From an uncultured Gemmatimonadales bacterium (GTDB taxonomy: Bacteria > Gemmatimonadota > Gemmatimonadetes > Gemmatimonadales > GWC2-71-9), in NCBI GenBank assembly GCA_963704015.1, contig CAVPGI010000002.1, forward strand, positions 36,537-100,536: a stretch of DNA of 64,000 nucleotides, read 5' to 3'. Numbering within the stretch: position 1 is the stretch's first letter; every line of letters begins with the position of its first letter. Below the pieces are notes generated by a model. The model made no database searches and was not told the origin of the DNA. It was given only the letters and a program-made list of their open reading frames with translations. The position numbers and the translations under genes are program-made. Below are positions 7,511 through 18,785 of the stretch, one piece after another.

Positions 7511-8899
7511 CTAGGCGTGCACCGCGTGCGTCGCTTCCGCCTTCTGTTCGGCGGCATGCTCGCGCCACCATTGCTGACCGGAGGCGGGCAGGGTGTAGAT
7601 CGGGTCGTAGTACTCGTGCTTCCGCTGGAGCGCGGTCTGGTCTCCCCACTCGATGCAGGTCAGGTAGTTCTTGGTCCAGTAGGAGATGCCCTTCTCCCGG
7701 TCGTACTCCGCCAGCTGGTGGACCCAGCGCTTGCCGACGAAGGGGACGTCGCAGACGATCCGCGGCGTGGCGAAGCCGGGCAGATAGCCCATGATGTCGT
7801 GCTGCAGCTGCTGAGCCTCCCACACGGCGACCCGCCAGTGCTCGGAGTTGGGGATCATGTCGCACATGTAGAAGTAGTACGGCAGGATCTTGGCGTGATC
7901 GAGCAGCATGAAACAGAGATCGAGCAGGTCCGGGGCCGTGGCGTTCACGCCCCGGAGCAGCACGCCCTGGTTCCGGACGTCGCGGAAGCCGATCTCCAGC
8001 AGCTTGCGGGTGGCCTTCCCGACCAGAGGGCGTCACCTGCTGGCCCGCATTGGCGTGGGTGTGCAGCGCCAGGTCCACCCCGCGATCGAAGGCCTTCTTG
8101 GCCAGCCGCTCCAGCCCCTGCGACCACGCTGTCCTGCAGGAAGTGCTGAGGCAGGCCGATCAGTCCCTTGGAGGCCAGCCGGATGTCCCGGATGTTCGGG
8201 ATATCGAGCAGCGCGCTCACGAAGGGCTCGAGCTGGGAGATGTGCAGATTGGCGATGTCTCCCCCGGAGACGACGACGTCCCGCACCGCCGGCGTCTTCC
8301 GCAGATAGTCGAGAATCTGCTGGTGCCGGTCCTTCTGGGGGATCTGGAACTTGAGCTTCTCCACCTGGGGCACGTCGTTGCCGACCAGGTCCATCCGGGT
8401 GCAGTGCCCGCAGTACTGGGGACAGGTGGACAGGAGCTCGGCCAGCACCTTGGTGGGGTAGCGATGGGTCAGCCCCTCGACCACCCACATGTCGGCCTCG
8501 TGCAGGCTGTCGCGCGAGGCCTTGGGGTGATTGGCCCAGTCGGTGCGCCGGTCGTCGAAGGCCGGGATCATGTAGCGACGAACCGGATCCTCCCACAGCT
8601 GCTCCACGTCCATGGTGTTGATCATGTGGGGCGGGAGCAGCATGGACATCGTGGCCCGCAGCTCGTGATCCTTGGCCATGCTCTCGGCCAAGGTGTCGGG
8701 AAGCAACCCGCCCAGGACGCGCCTTGAGCTCGCTCAGGTTCTTGATGGTGTGCCGCCGCTGCCAGGTCGCGCTCTCCCAATCCTCGCGGCTTACGCCATG
8801 GTAGCCCGGGATGCGATTCCAGTCCGGCTCGACGTATTCGCGCCGAGGCGGGTAGGGAATCGGCTGGCCGGTGCTGGTCTCCGCGATGGGTTTCTGCAT
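7511..8899 (-). CDS. kamA: Lysine 2,3-aminomutase (radical SAM); apparent frameshifts near 8040 and 8700
   Basis: CPQYCGHCTR CxxxCxxC motif, LPYYFYMCDMIP, N-terminal MQKPIAETSTGQPIPYPP...WQRRHTIKNLSELKA. Confidence 0.7.
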
Positions 8900-8904
8900 G
8901 CCTG

Positions 8905-9038
8905 CCTCGACCGAAAGGCGTTCTACGCCGAAACTACAATGTGATGTAGTACTTGACGTTGAGAACGTAATATATAATATATGATCACGCAAGTCGGCTA
9001 GTCAAACGCCTTATACCCATAAATAGCGTGAGAGGTCT
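8905..9038. promoter_or_regulatory. AT-rich divergent intergenic region (kamA <-> GntR) with near-palindrome ACGTAATATATAATATATGATCACG
   Basis: Strongly AT-rich island in a GC-rich genome. Candidate operator and promoters. Confidence 0.4.
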
Positions 9039-9751
9039 TTGGTCGATCTGGTAACGGTTCTGGGACGCCTTCCGCGGACCCGCCGACAAGCCACCCACGA
9101 GCTGGTAGCGGAGGTGCTCCGGGAAGCCATCATTTCCGGCCTGCTCCGCGCCAACCAGCCGCTCCCCCAGGACGAAATCGCGAGCCCAACTTCGGGTCAG
9201 CCACATTCCGGTGCGCGAGGCGCTGCGCCAGCTCCAATCCGAGGGTCTGGTCACCTACCAGGCCAACCGTGGCGCGGCGGTCAGCGCTCTGACCCAGGGT
9301 GAGATCCGCGAGATCTATGAGATCCGCGCCATCCTGGAGACGGCCGCCATTCGGGAGGCGGTTCCCCTCCTCACCGCGGAGCAGCTCGACCAGGCCGAGC
9401 GGATCCTGGACGCCGCCGAATCGGCGGGCGACGCAGCGGCGTGGGGGTCTCTCGATGTCGACTTCCATCGGCTGGTATACGGACTCGAGCGATCGCCCCC
9501 GCCTGCGGGAAATGATCGACGGCCTGCTCCGCCGCGTGGACCGCTATTGGCTGACCCACGGATTGATGCTCAGGCATCGCCACGTCTTTGAGCGCGAGCA
9601 TCGGGCCCTGCTGGCCGCGGTCCGCGTCCGCGACGCCGACCTGGCTGCGCGCCTCCTGGGCGCCCACCTGGCCGGAGCGGCCGAGCTGCTGGTGACCGAG
9701 CTCGACCAGCTGGAGGCGGGGCATCCGAGCCGGTTGGGCCTCACGGCATGA
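9039..9751 (+). CDS. GntR-family transcriptional regulator (FCD-type C-terminal domain); two apparent frameshifts
   Basis: N-terminal HTH LREAIISGLL...LPQDEIAS, then REALRQLQSEGLVTYQANRGAAV in the next frame. Extra C in the CCC run near 9184. Confidence 0.65.
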
Positions 9752-10670
9752 TCAACAAGGTGCAAACCATGAAGGACGCGATCGCCGCCCACGTCCGGGA
9801 CGGCGACACGGTCGTCATCGAAGGGTTCACCCACCTGATCTGCTTTCGCCGCCGGCCACGAGATCATTCGCCAGCGCCGCAAGGACCTCACGATCTGCCG
9901 GCTCGACTCCCGACCTGATCTACGATCAGATGATCGCGGCCGGCTGCGCCCGGAAGCTGGTCTTCTCCTGGGCCGGGAATCCGGGGGCAGGGTCGCTGCA
10001 CGCCTTTCGGCGGGCGGTGGAGCAGGGCACACCGCCGCTCGAGCTCGAGGAGTACAGCCACTTCGGGATGGTGGCGCGGATGTCCGCCGGCGCCGCGGGC
10101 CTCCCCTTCTGGGTCCATGCGCAACTACATGGGGACCGACCTTCCGGTGGTCAATCCCAGCATCAGGACCGTGACCTGTCCCTACACCGGCGAGGAGCTG
10201 GCCACGGTCCCGGCGCTCAACCCCGACGTCACCATCATCCACGCCCAGCGGGCCGATGCGCAGGGAACGCCCAGGTCTGGGGCCTGCTCGGGGTGCAGAA
10301 GGAGGCCGCGTTCGCCTCGAAGCGGGTGATCGTGGTGGTCGAGGAGCTGGTGGACGAGTCGGTGATCCGGGCCGACCCCAATCGCACGCTGATTCCCGGG
10401 CATGATCGTCGACGCGGTGGTGGTGGAGCCCTGGGGCTGCTCATCCCTCCTACGCGCAGGGCTACTACGACCGCGACAACGATTTCTACGTGGCCTGGGA
10501 GGACGATCTCCCGCGATCCGGCCCAGCTGCAGGCCTACCTCGACGAATTCGTGTACGGCGTGACGGACCGGGCCGAGTACATGGCGCAGCAGCCGGCGGA
10601 ACGCTCGAGGCGGCTCCGAGCCGGCTGCGGGTCGTGCCGCACCGGCTGGTCTGAACTGATGGGCGTCTAG
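9748..10670 (+). CDS. CoA-transferase subunit A (glutaconate / 3-oxoacid CoA-transferase family); frameshifted
   Basis: MINKVQTMKDAIAAHVRDGDTVVIEGF...ICRLTPDLIYDQMIAAGCARKLVFSWAGNPG. Confidence 0.65.
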
Positions 10671-10681
10671 CCTCTTGGCTC

Positions 10682-11458
10682 ATGCTCGAGATGACCACTA
10701 CGCCCTCCGAGATGATGGCCGCCGTCGCCGCGCGGGAGCTGGCGAACGGCGAGGTGGTCTTCGTCGGGATCGGGCTGCCCAACCTCGCCTGCAACCTGGC
10801 CCGCGCGCTCCAGGCGCCCGACCTGGTGCTGATCTACGAGTCGGGCGCGGTCGGCGCGGTGCCCGAGCGGCTGCCGGTCTCGATCGGCGACCCGTCGCTG
10901 GTGACCGGATCGCTGATGGTCTGCTCCATGGCGGACGTGTTCCAGCTCTTCCTGCAGAACGGCAAGATCGAGGTGGGTTTCCTCGGCGGGGCCCAGGTGG
11001 ACCGCTGGGGCAACATCAACACCACGGTGATCGGCACTTACCAGAAGCCCGAAGGTCCGGCTGCCCGGCTCGGGCGGCGCCGCGGAAATCGCGATTCACG
11101 CCCAGCGGGTGCTGATCATCAGCCGGCTCTCCACCCGCGCCTTCCCCGACGAGCTGGACTTTCGTCACCAGCCCCGGCCAGCGCAGCAAGGGCAAGTCGC
11201 GCCAGGAGCTCGGGATGCCGGGCGCCGGCCCGGTCAAGGTGATCACCGACAAGGGCATCCTGGAGCGCGACCCGGAGACCGGCGAGATGGTGCTCGCACG
11301 GCTCTACCCCGGAGTCACGGTGGATGAGGTGAAGGCCAATGTGGGTTGGCCGCTTCGGGTGCGGCGAGCAGCTCGAGCGCGTCGCGCCGCCCACCGCTGA
11401 GGAGCTCCGGCTCCTCCGCGATGTGCTGGATCCCAAACGACTCTACCTTGGCAACTGA
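10682..11458 (+). CDS. CoA-transferase subunit B; frameshifted
   Basis: VVFVGIGLPNLACNLARA...ESGAVGAVP...GGAQVDRWGNINTTVIG. Confidence 0.65.
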
Positions 11459-11468
11459 TCCGCAGTAG

Positions 11469-12830
11469 ATGTCCCACGAGCCCGGCGGGCCCCCGCACCG
11501 AGCTCCCCCGCAGCCTCGGCCTGCGCGACCTGGTCCTGTTCAACATCGTCGCCGTGCTCAGCCTGCGGTGGCTGGCTACCTCCGCAGCCGCGGGACCCAG
11601 CTCGCTCACGCTCTGGGTGCTGGCCGGCCTGCTCTTCTTCGTGCCCCAGGGCCTCGCCGTCAGCGACCTCGCCAACCGCTATCCGGACGAGGGTGGGATC
11701 TACTTCTGGACCAAGCGCGCCTTCGGCGAGGGTCACGGGTTCCTGTGCGGCTGGTGTTACTGGGTCAACAACGTGCTCTACTATCCCAACCTGCTGATCT
11801 CCACCTCGGTCATCGCCACCTTTGCCATCGGGAAAGGCGACAGCGGGCTGGCGGACGACCGGGTATACGTGCTGCTCGCGACGCTGGTGATGCTCTGGTT
11901 CGCGGTCGGGATCAACATCGTCGGGATGAGCACCGGCAAGTGGCTGCAGAATCTCGGCGCCTTGGGCACCTACCTGCCGGGTCTGCTGCTGGTCGGTCTC
12001 GGCGTGGGCGCGATGATGCACCAGCCACTCCGCCAACGCCATCACCACGCGGAGCCTGGTCCCGGATCTGACCGCAGTTCGGCGAGCTCAACCTCTGGGC
12101 CTCGATCGCCTTTGCCTTCGCCGGCCTGGAGCTGGCCTCGATGATGGGCGGGGAGATCAAGGATCCCGCACGCACGCTGCCCCGCTCCATCCTGCTGGCG
12201 GCCCCGCTCATGTGCCGCCCTCTACCTGGCGGGGACGCTCGCGGTACTCTGGCTGGTGCCGGCCGACAACGTCAACATCGTGTCCGGCTTCCTCCAGGCG
12301 ATCGCGGCCGGGGCGCGGGAGTCTGAAATGGCTGGTGACCATCGCCGGGGCTCTCTACGTCATCGGCAACCTGGGCGGTGTGGGGGCGTGGTTGACCGGC
12401 CCGGCCCGGGTCGCCTTCACCATCGGCCTCGACCGGTACTTTCCTCCATGGTTCGGGCGGATTCACCCCAAGTGGAAGACGCCTTACGTGGCGATCCTGG
12501 TGGCGGCCGGCCTGGCGACCGGATTCCTGATCCTCTCGGTGATCGGCAAGGGAACCACGGTGGAGAAGGCCTACCTGGTGTTGCTCGACACTATGCTGCT
12601 GATCTACTTCGTCCCCTTCATCTACCTGTTCCTGACCTACATCAAGGTGAGGCTGATCGAGCCGGCTCCCGCGGTCATGTTCCCGCGAGACGCAACCCGG
12701 CGCCGTGCTGGTGGGAGCGGCAGGGCTGTTCCTCACGCTGTTCGCGATGGCGGTGGCGATGGTGCCGCCTACCGGGACGGAAAGCGTGCTAGTCTTCGAG
12801 CTCAAGGTGGTTGGCGGTGCCTCGGCTTCT
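11469..12830 (+). CDS. APC-family amino-acid permease; several apparent frameshifts
   Basis: 12 hydrophobic segments; LGLRDLVLFNIVAVLSLRWLATSAAAGPSS, FWTKRAFGEGHGFLCGWCYW. Confidence 0.6.
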
Positions 12831-12921
12831 TCTCCTGCTGGGCGGCGTGCTGCTACTGGCGAGCTCGTTGGAAGGTGGCACGTGTCAAGATTCGAGCCGA
12901 CGCGGTCTCCCCTACCCGCCC

Positions 12922-15469
12922 ATGACTGACCGGGCGCTCCGCCGCCTTCTCCTCCTGCCGGCGCTCGCCTGGACGCTCCTCTCGGGTGCGCTTCTGGCCC
13001 AGCGGGAACCGGTCCTGCAGCAGATCAAGCTCCCACACAACTACTACTATCGCGAGATGTATGTCCCGCAGGTCACCAGCGGTGCCCAGCGCGGTGACCT
13101 GGTCGCCCGACGGGAAGAGTCTGCTCTATTCGATGCAGGGATCGCTCTGGCGGCAGCGACTGGGAGACACCACCGCGGAGCAGCTCACCACCGGCCCGGG
13201 CTACGACTATCAGCCCGACTGGTCCCCCGACGGCAAGCTGGTGGTCTACGCCTCCTACCACGACGACGCCATCGAGTTGCGCACGCTGGATGTCGCGACC
13301 CTGGAGTCGCGTTCGTTGCTGGCCGATGGCGCGGTGAACCTGGAGCCTCGCTGGTCCCCCGATGGGAAGCGGCTGGCCTGGGTCTCCTCGGCGTATCAGG
13401 GGCGCTGGCATGTCTACACCGCCGACATTCAAGCCAGAAAGCTGGAGCACGTCGAGCGGATCACCGAGGACAGGGACAGCGGGCTACCGCGCTACTACTA
13501 CAGCGTCTTCGATCACTACCTCTCGCCGACCTGGTCGCCCGACGGGCGTGAGTTGATGGTGGTCTCCAACCGCAGTCATGTCTGGGGCTCCGGCGGATTC
13601 TGGCGACTCGAGGCCAAAGCAGGCGCGGTGCCGCGGGAGATTCACTACGAGGAGACCACCTGGCAAGGCGCGGCCCGACTGGGCCCGCGACGGCAAGCGC
13701 GTGGTCTACAGCGGCTACCAGGGCCGGCAGTGGCACCAGCTCTGGCTCATGACCAGCGAGGGGGAGAACCCGTTTCAGCTGACCTTCGGCGAGTTCGACG
13801 CCACCTGCCCCGCGCTGGTCTCCGCGACGGCACCCGGATCGCCTACGTCTCGAACGAAGGCGGCAACACGTCGCTCTGGGTGGTCACGGTTCCCGGGGGA
13901 GGGCGCCAGCGGGTGGAGGCCCGGCAGCGGATCTATCGGAGCCCCGTCGGACGCCTTCGGATCATGGTGTTCGACGGCCAGAGCCGGAAGCCGCTGCCCG
14001 CGCGGATCTCGCTGACCCTCCCGGATGGGCGGGCGGTGGCGCCGGACGACGCCTGGCGGCATGCCGATGACGCCTTCGTTCGGAGCGAGCGGAAGTACGA
14101 GGTGGGCTATTTCCATAGCGCCGGGAGCAGCACGGTGACGGCTCCGGCCGGCCCGCTCCGGGTCGAGGTGGCGCACGGCGGCGAGTATCGCGTGGTCCGG
14201 CGCACCATCACCATCAAGCCCGATACGCTCCAGACCCTTCGCGTGACGATGGATCGGATCGCCAATCCCCTGGCCCAGGGCTGGACCAGCGGAGATCTGC
14301 ACGTCCACATGAACTACGCCGGTCACTACCGGGCGACGCCGACCACGCTCGCCTTCCAGATGCGGGCGGAGGGGCTCAACGTGGTGGAGAACCTGATCGT
14401 CAACAAAGAGGGTCGGATGCCGGACATTGCGTACTTCACCGGCAAGCCCGATTCGATTTCTCGGGCCGATCTCCTGATCGCCCACGATCAGGAATTTCAC
14501 ACCAGCTATTGGGGCCATTCCGGCCTGCTCGGCCTCACCACCCATCTGGTGCTGCCGGGATACGCCGCGTACGCCAACACCGCCGCGGCCAGCCTCTATC
14601 CGGACAACGGGCGCGTGGCGGACGAGGGTCACGCTCAGGGGGCGCTGTTCGGGTATGTGCATCCCTTCGACGTCTACCCCGATCCCAGCGACACCACCGT
14701 CGCGCTCTCGAATGCCCTCCCAGTGGACGTCGGCACCGGGAAGGTGGACTACTACGAGGTGGTCGGCTTCAGCGATCACCTGGCCTCGGCCAAGGTCTGG
14801 TACCAGCTCCTCAACTGCGGGTTCCGGATTCCGGCCGGGGCCGGCACCGATGCGATGACCAATTTCGCCTCGCTGCGGGGCCCGGTGGGCACCGACCGGG
14901 TGTACGTCCAGTCCGGAATTCCGCTGGACCATCGGCGCTGGCTGGCCGCCCTCAGAGCTGGGAAGTCTTTCGCGACCAACGGGCCGCTCCTGGAGTTCTC
15001 GATCGGCGGCCAGGGGATCGGTTCGGAGATCGTCTTGCCGAGCGGCGGGAAGCAGCTGACGGTCAAGGGGTCAGTACGCTCGATCGTCCCCATCGATCAC
15101 TTCGAGATCGTGGGGAACGGCCGGGTGATCGCCTCGTTGCCGGTGACGGGGGCGCGCACCAGCGCCGACTTCACGATCCCGGTCACCATCGATCGCAGCG
15201 GGTGGTACACGCTCCGGGCCTGGAGCGACAAACCGGCCGAGCCGATCCTGGACATCTATCCCTTCGCCAGCACCAGTCCGATCTATGTCACGGTGGGTGG
15301 AGTGGCGGTGCGCTCCCCGACCGACGCGGAATACTTCCTCAAGTGGCTGGATCGGGTCGAGCAATCGGTGAGCGCCAGTACCGCGTGGAATTCCGAGGCC
15401 GAGCGGAGAGAAGTACTGGGGCACATCCAGGCGGCGCGCGAGGAGTTCGAGAGAAGGCGGACGCCGTGA
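12922..15469 (+). CDS. Secreted TolB-like beta-propeller fused to a PHP / CehA-McbA-type metallohydrolase domain; one N-terminal frameshift near 13080
   Basis: Signal peptide MTDRALRRLLLLPALAWTLLSGALLAQ; WSPDGK repeats; DLHVHMNYAGHY...HDQEFHTSYWGH. Confidence 0.65.
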
Positions 15470-15545
15470 CGCCTCACCCCCTGTCCCCCTCTCTACTTCG
15501 TCCTGACCCCCTGACCCCTGACCCGCTGTGATCCTCACCCCCTGA

Positions 15546-15572
15546 CCCCCTCTCCACTATGTGGAGAGGGGG
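15546..15572 (+). terminator. Perfect hairpin CCCCCTCTCCAC-TAT-GTGGAGAGGGGG, preceded by a C-rich CCCTGACC-type direct-repeat tract (15470-15545)
   Basis: Read directly. Lies between the PHP-hydrolase gene and the downstream amidohydrolase. Confidence 0.45.
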
Positions 15573-15597
15573 AACGTCCTGACGAGGCAGGTGACTC

Positions 15598-16906
15598 TTG
15601 AAGATCCTTGGAACCGGAATCGCTCTCGCCTTCGCGGCCGCGACGCTGCAGGCCCAGGACCTCACCGTCATCAAAGCCGGCCGCCTGGTGGACGTCGAGC
15701 AGGGCCAGGTCCGCCCCGACCAGCTGATCGTGATCCGGGGCGAGCGGATCGAGTCGGTCCGGCCCGGCTCCAGCGCGATCCCCAAGGGGGCCCGGGTCAT
15801 CGACCTTTCCCGGTACACGGTGCTGCCCGGGCCTGATCGACTGCCACACCCACCAGGTCGGCGACCTCCAGTCGGCCAACGTCACCGCTCCGCTGCAGAG
15901 CTCCGAGGCCCAGGACGCGTTCCTCGGCGCCGACACGCCCGGGCGACGCTGCTGGCGGGCTTCACCACGGTGCGCGACGTGGGGACCTATCGCGCCTTCG
16001 TGGACGTCGCGCTGCGTGACGCGATCAACTACGGCGTGGTTCCCGGGCCGCGGATGGAAGTGGCCGGAGCCTATGTCACGGTCTCGACCGGCGGTGGTGA
16101 GGTGAGCGGCGCCGCCCCGGATGTCGAGTCTGCCGCGGAGCTTCAGGTACGGGGTGGCGAACTCGGCGGACGAAGTGCGCCAGCGGGTCCGCGAGATCCT
16201 CCACGGCGGCGCCGACTTCATCAAGGTCATCGCCACCGGGGCGGTGCTCACTCCGGGAACCACACCGGGCGCCCCCGAGTTCACCGAGGAGGAGATTCAG
16301 GCGGCGGTGGAGGAAGCGGCCCACTACGGCACCTTCGTCGCGGCCCACGCCCACGGCGCCGAGGGGATCAAGCGGGCGGTCCGGGCGGGCGTACGGTCGA
16401 TCGAGCACGGCTCCCTGATCGACGACGAGGGCATCGCCCTGATGAAGGAGCACGGGACCTGGCTGGTGGCCGACATCTGGAACGGCGACTACATCGACAG
16501 CGTGGGAAAGCGGGACGGCTGGTCGGCGGAGATTCTCCGGAAGAACCGGGAGACCACCGAGGCCCAGCGGGCGGGGTTCCGGAAGGCGGTGGCGGCCGGG
16601 GTGAGGATCGCCTACGGCACCGACAGCGGGGTCTATCCCCACGGCTACGTGGCGGCGCAGCTGCCCTACATGGTGCGCTACGGGATGACCCCGATGCAGG
16701 CGATCCAATCGGCCACCATCAGCGCCGCCCAGCTCATGCGCTGGGACGATCGGGTGGGCTCGATTGCCGGAGGGAAGTACGCCGACATCATCGCGGTGGA
16801 GGGCGACGCGATGGCCGACCTCTCCCGCTTCATGAAGGTGGATTTCGTGATGAAGGGGGGAGAAGTAGTGAAAGCCGGCGCGGGGATCAGTCAGCCGGCC
16901 AGGTAG
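15598..16906 (+). CDS. Secreted amidohydrolase-family protein (metal-dependent hydrolase); frameshifted
   Basis: Signal peptide; PGLIDCHTH...; AHAHGAEGIKRAVRAGVRSIEHGSLIDDEGIALM. Confidence 0.65.
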
Positions 16907-16968
16907 GCCGCAGCACCCCTATCGGTCACCGGCCGGCCGCGATATGATCGGGTGGAGAGCCTCCCGCT

Positions 16969-17352
16969 ATGCGCCGACCCGGCCCCACCCTCCGACTTCT
17001 CCTGGCCCTTCTGCTCGGCCTGGCTTGTCACGGGAGCCCAGCGCCTCGTCCGACCGCCGGTCCGGCCGCCGATGTCCCGCTCACCATCGTCAATCACAAT
17101 TGGCAGGACATCACCATTCTGATCGTCCACGATGGCGTGACCGAGCGGATCGGGCTGGCCGTCTCCGCGAGCAAGACCGACTTCATCCTCCCCTGGCGGT
17201 ACTTCGCCTCCCACGGCACCGTCTACCTGATAGCCGACCCGGTGGGCGATCCCAACCGCTACTACTCCGACAGCCTATTGGTCCAGGCGGGTCAGCAGAT
17301 CGTCTGGACCCTCGAGACTGATCTGTACCGTTCCAGCATCGGCGTATACTGA
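16969..17352 (+). CDS. Small secreted / lipoprotein hypothetical
   Basis: Signal peptide with LGLAC lipobox. Confidence 0.5.
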   Translation: MRRPGPTLRLLLALLLGLACHGSPAPRPTAGPAADVPLTIVNHNWQDITILIVHDGVTERIGLAVSASKTDFILPWRYFASHGTVYLIADPVGDPNRYYSDSLLVQAGQQIVWTLETDLYRSSIGVY

Positions 17353-17374
17353 CTCCTCCTCAGGCCCCGACTCC

Positions 17375-18760
17375 TCAGGGACAGGGGTTGGGATCGTTCC
17401 AGTTCCCTCCAGTGAAGGGGTCGGGCCCCTCGTTGGGGATGCTGGGGTTGGCGTTCCGCTCCTGCAAGGGATAGGGAAGCCGTCGGGGCAACCGCGTGGA
17501 TCCAGTCGGGAAGGCGACCATCGTCGGCAAGCAGGTCCGCTTGTAGTCGCTCCAGACCTCGATGGTCTGGAAGAGCTGGATGTACTTCTCGGTCATGATG
17601 GCACTGAGAAGGGCCGGACCGGTCACCCCGCCTCCTACCGCAGGCAGGGGAACTGTGGCCAGCACAGTGTTGAGCGCCGTCCGGGCCGCCGCCTCGTTGG
17701 AGGTGGCCTTGCTGTAGTTCGCCTCGGCGATGATCAACTGGGTCTCGGCCCAGGTGACCAGCGGCTGCTGGAAATCGGGCGCCAGTCGGGTGTCGCTCAA
17801 GGTGGAGATAGTGCTTGGGGTGAGACCATCGCTCCCGTCCGGCAGTCCTCCGGCGAACACCGTGGTGTCGGCCTGGGTACCCTTGTAGTAGGCCCGCAAT
17901 CGCGGGTCGCCGGTGGTGTTGAGCAAATCGACCAGGTGCTGGCCTGCCGCTACGTAGTTGAGCGCGGCGGTGGTGAAGAACTGGAACCAGATGTTGGACG
18001 ACGTGAGGACCGTCGTATGGTAGTTGTTGTAGTCCTCACCTTGCAGAATCCCGAGCTGAGCGTGCACCAGGGCCGAGTCGTAGGCAGCTGGAATGCGCTC
18101 CGCGACATGCATGAAGTACCGGGCCTTGAGGGTCTCGGCCAGGCGCAGCCACTTGCCGGCGTTACCACCGTACACCAGCTCGGCGCCGAGGGGGCCCACA
18201 TTTCGAGAGCCTGTGGCGCTCAAGAAGGTGACGGCGGAGTCGAGCTTGGCCTGCAGATGGTCGTAAACCTGCTGCTGCGGGTCGAGCACCGGGTTGGTCG
18301 CCGAGGTCGCGGCCTGGGTGTAGGGAATGTCGCCCCAGATGTCCGCGGCAGTGCCCACCAGCCAGACCTCGATCACTGCCGCGATCCCCGCGAAGGTCGA
18401 GTCCCCCGCCTGGAGCGAGGTGCTCTGAATCCGGCGCAGGTCGATCAGGCCACCTCCGCCGTAGGTCGCGGCCCAGTTCTGAAACCAGAAGTCCCCGTCC
18501 CCGATCGCGCTGTAGTTCCCCACGCCGAAATACTGGCTCTGACGCCCGGAGCACTGCTGAAGCCAGACGCACACGGTGCGGGCCAGATCCGCCTCGGACT
18601 GGACCCAGAGGTTGGCCTGGGCCGAGGACAGGAGGCTGACATTCGACGCCGCGCTGGGGTCATTGGGGTTGTCGGACAGCTTGGGTCCGGTCAGATCGCA
18701 TCCGCTCACCGCGATGGAGAGGCCGAGGGCGAGCAGGCTGAAACGAACGCCGTTGCGCAT
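17375..18760 (-). CDS. SusD/RagB-family nutrient-binding outer-membrane lipoprotein
   Basis: Lipobox SIAVSGC; sits immediately downstream of SusC; SusD-like length and composition. Confidence 0.7.
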   Translation of the reverse strand: MRNGVRFSLLALGLSIAVSGCDLTGPKLSDNPNDPSAASNVSLLSSAQANLWVQSEADLARTVCVWLQQCSGRQSQYFGVGNYSAIGDGDFWFQNWAATYGGGGLIDLRRIQSTSLQAGDSTFAGIAAVIEVWLVGTAADIWGDIPYTQAATSATNPVLDPQQQVYDHLQAKLDSAVTFLSATGSRNVGPLGAELVYGGNAGKWLRLAETLKARYFMHVAERIPAAYDSALVHAQLGILQGEDYNNYHTTVLTSSNIWFQFFTTAALNYVAAGQHLVDLLNTTGDPRLRAYYKGTQADTTVFAGGLPDGSDGLTPSTISTLSDTRLAPDFQQPLVTWAETQLIIAEANYSKATSNEAAARTALNTVLATVPLPAVGGGVTGPALLSAIMTEKYIQLFQTIEVWSDYKRTCLPTMVAFPTGSTRLPRRLPYPLQERNANPSIPNEGPDPFTGGNWNDPNPCP

Positions 18761-18785
18761 GGGATGATTCCTCAGTCTCTCGTGG

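Noticed and set aside
6039-8078. 679-aa ORF on the minus strand as a single large protein
   Set aside because: Chimeric read-through. Its N-terminal about 195 aa is an out-of-frame translation of the kamA 3' region and the remainder is the aminotransferase. Frame changes coincide with homopolymer indels.
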